This document shows positions 1 through 6,889 of a stretch of DNA of 11,709 nt, piece by piece. Each line of letters begins with the position of its first letter. Position 1 is the stretch's first letter. The translations under genes and the position numbers were made by a program. The stretch covers positions 1-11,709 of the forward strand of contig JBBSJT010000076.1 of assembly GCA_038257035.1 (NCBI GenBank), given 5' to 3'. Source of the stretch: Chlamydiia bacterium (lineage in GTDB: Bacteria > Chlamydiota > Chlamydiia > Chlamydiales > Parachlamydiaceae). The notes below the pieces were generated by a model. It was not told the DNA's origin. It searched no databases and was given only the letters and a program-made list of their open reading frames with translations.

Positions 1-1002
1 CAGTTTAATTTTGAGAAAATCGTCGAAGATGATCAAGAATTGATGGAATCTTTTTTATTACAGCATTATCAGCAAGCAGGGGAGTCAGAGGAAGCTGATC
101 TACCTCATGAAATTTTGCTGCCGGTATTGCTTGATCATGCAGCGATTTCAGATATTTTATCGGCAAATAAAAAACGAAAAGTTTATGTTTTGACCCCTCA
201 AAAAGGAGAAAAGCTGTCACTTGTCGAAATGGCTTTTCTTAATGCGGAGGCCACTTTCAAAAAAGATAAAGACATCAAAAACATCAGAGAGCAAACCCTT
301 GTCGAGATGAAAGAGAAGTTTAGCTTGCAAAACATGCCCTACCGGATTGAATGCTTTGATAATTCGAATATGTCAGGCCAATTGGCTGTGTCAGCACTTG
401 TTGCTTTCACAGATGGGGTTAAAGATAGCAAACGCTACCGTCGCTATAAAGTTAAAACTGTGACAGATCAAGATGATTATGCCACTATGCAGGAAGTTTT
501 AACAAGACGTTTTATACGTGCTAAAGAAGAAAATGATTTGCCCAATTTGTTAATTATTGATGGAGGAAAGGGCCATTTAAATATTGCCCTTAAAGTTTTG
601 CGTGATTTAGAGGTAGTCACCGTAGATGTGATTGGGGTGGCAAAAGAAAAAGGACGCCACGATAAAGGCATGACGGATGAGCAAGTTTTTCTTCCTAATA
701 TAAAAGATGCGATTCATCTTAAATCAAATTCCAAAGTCTTATTTTTACTACAACAAATTCGAGATGAGGCGCATCGGTTTGCTATCACTTTTCATAAAAA
801 CTTAAGAAGTAAGAAGATGATTAAAAGTGAATTGGATGATCTGCTTGGAATCGGTCCAAAAAAAAAACAACTTCTGCTTGCCCATTTTGGCAGTATCAAA
901 AAAATGAAAGAAGCTACCCGAGAGGATTTCTTAAAGGTGAAAGGCCTTTCTAAGACGAACATAGAACTCCTTTTAAATTTTATAGCTAAAGATAAAGCAT
1001 GA
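1..1002 (+). CDS. uvrC: Excinuclease ABC subunit C, 5'-truncated by the window edge
   Basis: Frame is open from position 1. It contains the RNase H-like endonuclease motifs RIECFDNSN, DDYATMQEVLTRR, LPNLLIIDGGKGHL and LLQQIRDEAHRFAI, plus the C-terminal HhH motif (LLGIGPKKK...LLAHFGS). Confidence 0.97.
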   Translation, partial: QFNFEKIVEDDQELMESFLLQHYQQAGESEEADLPHEILLPVLLDHAAISDILSANKKRKVYVLTPQKGEKLSLVEMAFLNAEATFKKDKDIKNIREQTLVEMKEKFSLQNMPYRIECFDNSNMSGQLAVSALVAFTDGVKDSKRYRRYKVKTVTDQDDYATMQEVLTRRFIRAKEENDLPNLLIIDGGKGHLNIALKVLRDLEVVTVDVIGVAKEKGRHDKGMTDEQVFLPNIKDAIHLKSNSKVLFLLQQIRDEAHRFAITFHKNLRSKKMIKSELDDLLGIGPKKKQLLLAHFGSIKKMKEATREDFLKVKGLSKTNIELLLNFIAKDKA

Positions 1003-2030
1003 ATACTCATTTTGTCTCCAATTATTGGCCTCACATTAATACCTTGCCTCCGGAAATTGTAAATATTATTTTTTCTGATCATGATTTTTTAATGACTCAT
1101 TCGGTCAATCAGAAATGCAGGGAAGTTTTTAAAGAGACACTACAAATGGAAGAGGTGCAAAAAAAAGGCGTTTACCAAAAAAGCTTATTGCTAGAGGGGA
1201 TAAGGCTCATTTCTGATCTTGAAGACATCAAGAACAAAAAAAGGCTAAAAACAATTCATCAGGCATATTTTGATAAAAAATGTTATTTTTTTGGTGAAAG
1301 TAAATGGAATAAAACTGTTTGGGACCTTTACTGCAATGTTTTAGACAATTTGGAAAAAAATAAAAAAGGCAAATCCTGGAACCTTTTAAAAGCATTGGCT
1401 ATTAATAATGAAGGTGCAGCTATAGCAATCAAAGCCGTAAAAGCATTTGATGGTGGTTCAAGAGATTGTATCAGTAAATTTAAGATAGACGACCTTTGTA
1501 TCATAGCTTACAAAATAAAAAGCGAGCAAGCCATTTATTTTGCAGTTGGAGGCAAGGAAAAATTTCATCAGTTAAGTATTTTTGAAGTTGCTCATAAATA
1601 CTTGGGAATGGGATTTTCTGTCATGCGGGGGATCGATGAACGAGAGGGAATCCTTCACCCCTTTATTGCAATCCAATATAAAAACCCTTTAATGGACAAT
1701 AGAGTAGAGATCGCTTTTTTTAATTGTGCTTTGGGTTTAGATCCATCCAGTGCAGATTATGGTAACTGGTCTTTTTCTGGCAAATTGGAAAGAGGTAAGG
1801 CAGGATTATTATCAAAGTATTCGCGATCATATGTAACAAAAGACAAATGGCCTACCCAATACAAGTATCATTGTGAGTATAATAAAACTACTGAATACCT
1901 TTTTTTATCAACTTCCTTTTGCCTACAACATCCTTGGGTGGCTCCGCTACAACAATTGTTCACAACCGGCCATTGCCCCGTCTACCCCAACGACCCCCAA
2001 AGCCCCCAGTACGAGCTCGTTGCACAGTAG
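999..2030 (+). CDS. Hypothetical protein with N-terminal F-box-like motif (candidate effector)
   Basis: 343-aa ORF overlapping the uvrC stop (ATGA). Residues ~13-43, INTLPPEIVNIIFS...SVNQKCREV, resemble the F-box consensus LPxEIxxxIFS...VxKxW. The remainder is not recognised. Confidence 0.6.
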   Translation: MNTHFVSNYWPHINTLPPEIVNIIFSDHDFLMTHSVNQKCREVFKETLQMEEVQKKGVYQKSLLLEGIRLISDLEDIKNKKRLKTIHQAYFDKKCYFFGESKWNKTVWDLYCNVLDNLEKNKKGKSWNLLKALAINNEGAAIAIKAVKAFDGGSRDCISKFKIDDLCIIAYKIKSEQAIYFAVGGKEKFHQLSIFEVAHKYLGMGFSVMRGIDEREGILHPFIAIQYKNPLMDNRVEIAFFNCALGLDPSSADYGNWSFSGKLERGKAGLLSKYSRSYVTKDKWPTQYKYHCEYNKTTEYLFLSTSFCLQHPWVAPLQQLFTTGHCPVYPNDPQSPQYELVAQ

Positions 2031-2041
2031 GGTGCTGTGCT

Positions 2042-2126
2042 TTGTAGCGTAGGTTTTAACCTGCGCATGTTCAACGGGTTTTAACCCGTTGCCTTGCACG
2101 CATGCAGGTTAAAACCTACGCTACAA
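2042..2126. repeat. REP doublet (REPIN-like), GTAG family A
   Basis: Perfect 23-bp inverted repeat (2042-2064 / 2104-2126). Each arm is GTAG plus the palindrome CGTAGGTT-TT-AACCTGC(G). A central hairpin CAACGGGTT-TT-AACCCGTTG lies at 2072-2091. A near-identical single arm recurs at 8777. Confidence 0.85.
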
Positions 2127-2205
2127 GCTAGTCATAAAAAAGATTTCAAACAAATTCTTCTTGTGATACAAATATTTTTAATCCAAAAAAAAGAAGGGAT
2201 TTAAC

Positions 2206-2496
2206 ATGTTTGTACCATCAACTTTTTCAAGAATAATAGCTCCTAGAATTGGCTTTCAATCTCTGCAATCTACATTTTGCAATAAGCCACAACCGGAAAA
2301 CCAAAAAATTATAGAATTAGGAGATCAATTTTTTAAAGTACAAACAGAAGAATATAAAAATAATAAAAGAACTTTTGAAACCATTCATAAAGATATTGTG
2401 GGCTCTCCATTTTATAATGCTATATTGGTCGTCCTTTTTTGCGTATCAATAACAGGTTTTTTTAATGATAAAGCATTCAATCGTGATTACTATTAA
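2206..2496 (+). CDS. Small hypothetical protein with C-terminal transmembrane helix
   Basis: 96-aa ORF with purine-rich RBS-like GAAGGGA (2193-2199) and hydrophobic segment AILVVLFCVSITGFF near the C-terminus. Confidence 0.6.
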   Translation: MFVPSTFSRIIAPRIGFQSLQSTFCNKPQPENQKIIELGDQFFKVQTEEYKNNKRTFETIHKDIVGSPFYNAILVVLFCVSITGFFNDKAFNRDYY

Positions 2497-2664
2497 TTCT
2501 TTAAAGGATCTTTGTATACACATGAGTTATTATAAAAAGCCTCGGAAGCACTTTCAGGACGGTGGATATGTTCTTTTTGTCCTTTAAGTCCTTGAAAAAT
2601 CCCCAAAAGAAACTCCCATTAAAAACACTAAAAAACCCGAACACTTTTTTTAACTAAAAAAAAC

Positions 2665-2693
2665 TTGCACAAATTTTTGCATTCAGCTATGCT
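2665..2693 (+). promoter_or_regulatory. Sigma70/sigma66-type promoter for tRNA-Val and probably the downstream gene
   Basis: TTGCAC (2665-2670), 17-nt spacer, TATGCT (2688-2693). It is preceded by A/T tracts (UP-element-like) and ends 13 nt before the tRNA. Confidence 0.7.
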
Positions 2694-2706
2694 TTTGCCT
2701 TCTAAT

Positions 2707-2780
2707 GGGGTATTAGCTCAATTGGTTAGAGCGCCACGTCGACATCGTGGAGGTCAGCTGTTCGAGTCAGCTATACCCCA
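2707..2780 (+). tRNA. tRNA-Val (anticodon GAC), CCA not encoded
   Basis: Cloverleaf: acceptor GGGGTAT/ATACCCC plus A73, D arm GCTC/GAGC, anticodon arm CCACG-TCGACAT-CGTGG, T arm AGCTG-TTCGAGT-CAGCT. Confidence 0.95.
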
Positions 2781-2804
2781 TTTTTTATACTTACAGTAAT
2801 TTTC

Positions 2805-4313
2805 ATGAAATCATTTCCATCTAATCAAATTCCGGTCCAACAGATTCAAAGGGTAGCTGCTGAAGTCTTAGCTTCTGCTATTTTAGAAATTTTTCCGGAT
2901 GCCGTTCTTGTTTCAGGAAATGCAACAGACCTTGATTTTTACTACGATTTTCAGTTCAAGCAGCCATTATCAGAAGAAAATCTTTTTTTGGTAGAAGAGC
3001 GCATGAGGGGAATCATCAAAGAAAGCAAGCCTGTTGAAATGCTCGAAATGATGCGCCAAAATGCGATTGGCTTATTTCGTCATCAAAATCAGCCCTATAA
3101 AATTGATGAATTAGAACTTATATCCGACAATATCGTTCAAATATGGAAGATGGGGGATTTTTATGATGTGTGCAAACCTCCTTACGGCTCTTCTTCCGAT
3201 ATAGCGCAAGCTTTTAAACTTCAAAAGGTTGAGAGAAAAACGATTGCCATTCCTTTCTTTAAATCAGGCACGAAACAGTATAAAAAATCTCAAGTGATCA
3301 GAATACGCGGAACTGCATGGTCAAATAAGGCTGACTTAAAAGATTATTTGAAAAAAACTGAAAAAGGTAAAAGAAAAGATCACCAGGCTCTTGGACTTGA
3401 TATGGGTCTTTATACTTTTGAAGATGAAGTTTTCCCGAATGAGCCTTGCTGGCTGCCAAAAGGAATGGAAATCAGAGAATCTCTATTAAATTTTTTAAAA
3501 AGCCAAGATCAGCTCTTAGGATTCGCCCAAGTTTTGACGCCAAATTTAGTGAAACCTTCGTTTTTAACCAAAACAAATCCGCACAAATCAGACGAAAACG
3601 AGTGTGTGCCAATCATTGAAATTGAAAGCGACGATTACCAATTTATTTCAGAAAAAACAGGCGTACATGCCTTGCTTTTTAATAAAAGTCGCCACCAAGA
3701 AAAAGATTTGCCTGTCCGATACGCCGAGAGGCATAGCTGTTTTTTTGAAGGGTCAGAGGCTGAACTTAATGGACTTTTTCAGACAAGAATTTATTTGACC
3801 GATCAAGCACATATTTTTTGTACAGAAACTCAAGTTGTTGAGGAGCTTATTTCGGCTTTGCGTTTAATAGATCAAACAGTTAGAATTTCGGGGTTGAAAT
3901 TAGAGTATGTGCTAAAAAATAAAAAAGATAAAACGCATTTGTCCAAAGGGTATAAATGGTTAGAAAATGCGTTAAATGCTGTTGATTTTCAATTTATCGT
4001 TGACAAAGAGAACGACAACATTTATGCTACTCATGGAAAAGGCTTAATCCATCAAGGTCCAAGAATTGAAGTGGTGTTGATCGATGAGCTTGGACGTAGA
4101 TGGTTGATTTCTTCCCTCGGGGTAGATTCGGCTACGTCAAGTTACTTAGGGTTAAATTACCTGAACAAAGATGGTCAAAAAGAACCACCGGTGATCATCT
4201 TTAGATCGGTATTTAACTCGTTAGAGCGTTTTATTGCCTTGCTCGTCGAAAATAAGACGAGAGAGCTAAAAATTAGTGAGCAAGCAGAACTACTTCCTTC
4301 ATGGTTTAATTAA
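2805..4313 (+). CDS. Threonyl-tRNA synthetase-like protein, degenerate (no TGS domain, no anticodon-binding domain, catalytic residues altered)
   Basis: Recognisable ThrRS blocks FYYDF, FYDVCKPPY, RIRGTAW, KDHQALG, WLPKG, DLPVRYAE, DQAHIFC, GPRIE and SLERFIALLVE. It lies upstream of infC, where thrS normally sits. Confidence 0.9.
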   Translation: MKSFPSNQIPVQQIQRVAAEVLASAILEIFPDAVLVSGNATDLDFYYDFQFKQPLSEENLFLVEERMRGIIKESKPVEMLEMMRQNAIGLFRHQNQPYKIDELELISDNIVQIWKMGDFYDVCKPPYGSSSDIAQAFKLQKVERKTIAIPFFKSGTKQYKKSQVIRIRGTAWSNKADLKDYLKKTEKGKRKDHQALGLDMGLYTFEDEVFPNEPCWLPKGMEIRESLLNFLKSQDQLLGFAQVLTPNLVKPSFLTKTNPHKSDENECVPIIEIESDDYQFISEKTGVHALLFNKSRHQEKDLPVRYAERHSCFFEGSEAELNGLFQTRIYLTDQAHIFCTETQVVEELISALRLIDQTVRISGLKLEYVLKNKKDKTHLSKGYKWLENALNAVDFQFIVDKENDNIYATHGKGLIHQGPRIEVVLIDELGRRWLISSLGVDSATSSYLGLNYLNKDGQKEPPVIIFRSVFNSLERFIALLVENKTRELKISEQAELLPSWFN

Positions 4314-4324
4314 ATAAGCCATAG

Positions 4325-4494
4325 AAGTTGAAGGTGTTTTAAGCGATTAGAATGAAAAAAAAATCCTTTGCATATTGATTGCAGAGGATAAAGAAGAAAA
4401 AAATGGCACTGTGAAAGTGGCTCTTTAATAAAAAGGGTTAACCGATCAGGGAATGGTTCTTAGTTCTTTTATCAAGAAATTGAAAGAAGAGTAA
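4325..4494 (+). pseudogene. Decayed remnant of the ThrRS C-terminal anticodon-binding domain
   Basis: 4372-4494 translates ILIAEDKEEKNGTVKVAL**KGLTDQGMVLSSFIKKLKEE*, resembling the ThrRS C-terminus (..lvvGdkE.e.gtVsvR....dlG.m.l.efi.kl.eE*). 4325-4363 in another frame reads KLKVF*AIRMKKK. Confidence 0.7.
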
Positions 4495-4536
4495 AAAATC
4501 AGGCCGGCCATTTCAAATGAGGAGATAGGAAGTCGG

Positions 4537-5100
4537 TTGAGAGTTAACAGAGAAATACGCGCTCCAAAAGTTCGCGTTATAAGCCAGACCGGAGAACAAA
4601 TTGGCGTCCTAGCGCTTTACGAAGCATTAGCTATGGCCGAACAAGATGGACTTGACCTTGTTGAAATCTCACCGGGTGCAAGCCCGCCTGTTTGTAAGAT
4701 CATAAATTACGGAAAATTCCGTTATGATCAAACCAAACGGGAAAAAGAAAGTAAAAAGGCGCAGCATCAAGTTAAAATTAAAGAAGTCAAGCTTAAACCG
4801 AATATTGACGACAATGACTTTCAAACTAAAATGCGCCATGCACGCGACTTTGTTACTAAAGGTAATAAAGTTAAAGTGTCATGCGTTTTTCGCGGAAGAG
4901 AGATGGCTCATCCAGAAATTGGACAACGTTTAGTTGACAAATTCTGTGAAGACCTCGCCGATATTGCAACGGTTGAAGCTCCGGCGAAAATGTTTGGAAG
5001 AATGTTAACTGCTGTTTTGGCACCTGGAATGAAGAAGAAAAAAGAGGAACCAAGACAGGGACAAGACCCGTCACATTCAGAAATGAACAAAAACGGATAA
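4537..5100 (+). CDS. infC: Translation initiation factor IF-3 (start codon uncertain: TTG 4537 or upstream ATC/ATT)
   Basis: Motifs [47 protein letters not shown] and [12 protein letters not shown]. Confidence 0.98.
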   Translation: MRVNREIRAPKVRVISQTGEQIGVLALYEALAMAEQDGLDLVEISPGASPPVCKIINYGKFRYDQTKREKESKKAQHQVKIKEVKLKPNIDDNDFQTKMRHARDFVTKGNKVKVSCVFRGREMAHPEIGQRLVDKFCEDLADIATVEAPAKMFGRMLTAVLAPGMKKKKEEPRQGQDPSHSEMNKNG

Positions 5101-5200
5101 ATGAGAGATAATTGACTAAAACTCCTTGTGAAATGATTTTTTGAAGTCGTTTTACTTTAAGAGAGTTTAAATAAGAGTGATTATCGAGGGGAAGTTACAA

Positions 5201-5401
5201 GTGGTAAAGGTAAAATTAAAAACGAAGAAGGCTGTAGTAGCCAGATTTAAGTTGACGGCATCAGGGCAGCTAAAAAGAAGCAAACCTGGTAAACGTCATA
5301 TTTTAACAAAAAAAACATCAAAGCGTAAACGTCAACTGTCAAATCCTGCTTTAGTTAGTGAGTGTCAGTTAAAGATGTACAAACGTGTTATGGGTGTTTA
5401 A
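5201..5401 (+). CDS. rpmI: 50S ribosomal protein L35
   Basis: KLKTKKAVVARFKLTASG...KRHILTKKTSKRKRQL. GTG at 5201 follows SD-like GAGGGG, and the gene lies between infC and rplT. Confidence 0.96.
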   Translation: MVKVKLKTKKAVVARFKLTASGQLKRSKPGKRHILTKKTSKRKRQLSNPALVSECQLKMYKRVMGV

Positions 5402-5427
5402 AAAAATATACAATGTGGAGATGACAA

Positions 5428-5784
5428 ATGGTTAGAGCAACTAACAGCGTCGCTTCACATCGACGCAGAAAAAGATTATTTAAGCGAGCTAAAGGCTTCG
5501 TTGGAGATCGTAAAAATCACGTTCGTTTAACACAAGACTGTGTTCTTCGTGCGTTGGCTTACAATTATCGCCACCGTAAGCTCAGAAAGCGTGAGTTCCG
5601 AAGACTTTGGATCACACGTATCGGAGCTGCCGCTAAGATCAATGGAATTTCTTATAGCAAATTCATTAATGGATTGAGTAAAGCGCGATGTGAACTAAAT
5701 AGAAAAATGTTAGCCGATATGGCTATCCGCGACCCATTCGGCTTTACAGCTGTTGTGAGTCGTGCAAAAGAAGCTCTTGTTTAA
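5428..5784 (+). CDS. rplT: 50S ribosomal protein L20
   Basis: Motifs [36 protein letters not shown] and [10 protein letters not shown], with GGAG RBS at 5417-5420. Confidence 0.99.
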   Translation: MVRATNSVASHRRRKRLFKRAKGFVGDRKNHVRLTQDCVLRALAYNYRHRKLRKREFRRLWITRIGAAAKINGISYSKFINGLSKARCELNRKMLADMAIRDPFGFTAVVSRAKEALV

Positions 5785-5795
5785 ACAATAGTTTC

Positions 5796-5843
5796 AAAAA
5801 ACAGAGCTCAAAATTATTTTTTTTTGAGTCTCTGTTTTTTTTT
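5796..5843 (+). terminator. Intrinsic terminator after rplT
   Basis: Stem CAGAG-CTCAAAA / TTTTGAG-T-CTCTG followed by T9 and preceded by A6. Confidence 0.75.
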
Positions 5844-5869
5844 ATTAAAATTTTTGTGAATTGGTGAAT

Positions 5870-6889
5870 ATGGAAAATTCGATTGAAGCACTACGAACTG
5901 AATTTATAAATGAAATCAAAGCTGTCGATTCCTTAAATGACCTTGAACAGTTAAAAGTCAAATATCTCGGTAAAAAAGGACCGATTCAAAATCTGATGAA
6001 GGAACTACAAAGTGTTCCTAAAGAAAATCGCCCCGAGTGTGGCAAATTCATAAACGACCTTAAAGTCTATCTTTCAAGTCAAATTGAAAACTTGGAAATC
6101 AGCCTAACCGAATCAGAAGAAAAGAAACAGCTTGAAAATGAAAAAATCGACATTTCTTTGCCAGGCAAAAAGCGCTTTGTCGCACGAAAGCACCTTATCT
6201 CTCAAGTATTGGACGATCTCTTAAATATTTTTAAAGAGATGGGCTTTTCTGTTCAATATGGCCCCGATATGGACTCTGACTACTACAATTTTGAAGCGCT
6301 TAATTTTTCTTCCGATCATCCTGCGCGCGATATGCAAGATACTTTTTATATATCCTCCAATATGTTGTTAAGAACACATACAAGTAACATTCAAGCGCGT
6401 ATCATGGAGACTGAAAAGCCTCCTATTCGTATTGTTGCGCCTGGGCGTGCTTATCGAAATGAAACAATTACAACAAGATCCCACGTCTTTTTCCATCAAA
6501 TCGAAGGTTTTTTTGTAGATAAGCAAGTAACGTTTGCCGACTTAAGAGCTACTATGGACGAATTTTTAGCTAAATTTTTTGGGCCTGATGTGGAAACAAG
6601 ATTTCGCCCAAGTTACTTTCCTTTTGTAGAACCAGGTCTTGAGCTTGATATTGGTTGCATTAGTTGTAAACGTGCGGGCTGTCAGCTTTGCAAACAGACC
6701 GGTTGGCTAGAAATTCTTGGTGCCGGTATGATTCATCCTGAAGTTTTAAAAAATGGCGACATTGACCCTGAAATTTACTCAGGCTATGCTTTTGGAATGG
6801 GGATTGAACGTATTGTTATGTTAAAATATGGTATTAAAGACATCCGTCTTTTTACTGAAAATGATCTTAGATTTTTACAGCAGTTTTAA
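5870..6889 (+). CDS. pheS: Phenylalanine--tRNA ligase alpha subunit (start could be 5861 or 5864)
   Basis: Motifs YLGKKG, NFEALN..DHPARDMQDTFY, LLRTHTS, FHQIEG, RFRPSYFPFVEP, CxxC..CxxC, WLEILGAGMIHP and GYAFGMGIER. Confidence 0.99.
   Translation: MENSIEALRTEFINEIKAVDSLNDLEQLKVKYLGKKGPIQNLMKELQSVPKENRPECGKFINDLKVYLSSQIENLEISLTESEEKKQLENEKIDISLPGKKRFVARKHLISQVLDDLLNIFKEMGFSVQYGPDMDSDYYNFEALNFSSDHPARDMQDTFYISSNMLLRTHTSNIQARIMETEKPPIRIVAPGRAYRNETITTRSHVFFHQIEGFFVDKQVTFADLRATMDEFLAKFFGPDVETRFRPSYFPFVEPGLELDIGCISCKRAGCQLCKQTGWLEILGAGMIHPEVLKNGDIDPEIYSGYAFGMGIERIVMLKYGIKDIRLFTENDLRFLQQF

Noticed and set aside
858..867. A10 homopolymer in uvrC as a phase-variation site
   Set aside because: It encodes PKKK in the conserved HhH motif, the frame is intact, and A-runs are common in this AT-rich sequence.
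5..1082. Minus-strand ORFs 5-220, 477-671 and 792-1082
   Set aside because: Antisense shadows of uvrC and the next gene with no recognisable motifs.
2042..2126. CRISPR array or simple intrinsic terminator
   Set aside because: The units are inverted rather than direct repeats with spacers, no cas genes are present, there is no adjacent U-tract on the + strand, and the unit recurs at 8777.
2805..4313. Calling this a functional thrS or a trans-editing factor
   Set aside because: Two Zn ligands, the motif-2 Arg and the anticodon-binding domain are missing, and the editing-site histidines are also lost.
3604..5090. Short alternative-frame ORFs 3604-3798, 4724-4933, 4871-5074 and 4908-5090
   Set aside because: Fully nested in the ThrRS-like gene or infC, with no independent support.
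5177..5200. Upstream GTG start for rpmI given in the ORF track
   Set aside because: The extension contains the likely SD (GAGGGG) for GTG 5201, which gives a typical L35 length.
5785..5869. pheS attenuator, leader peptide or T-box
   Set aside because: The gap is only about 85 bp, with no Phe-rich leader ORF or T-box motif. The hairpin is adequately explained as the rplT terminator.
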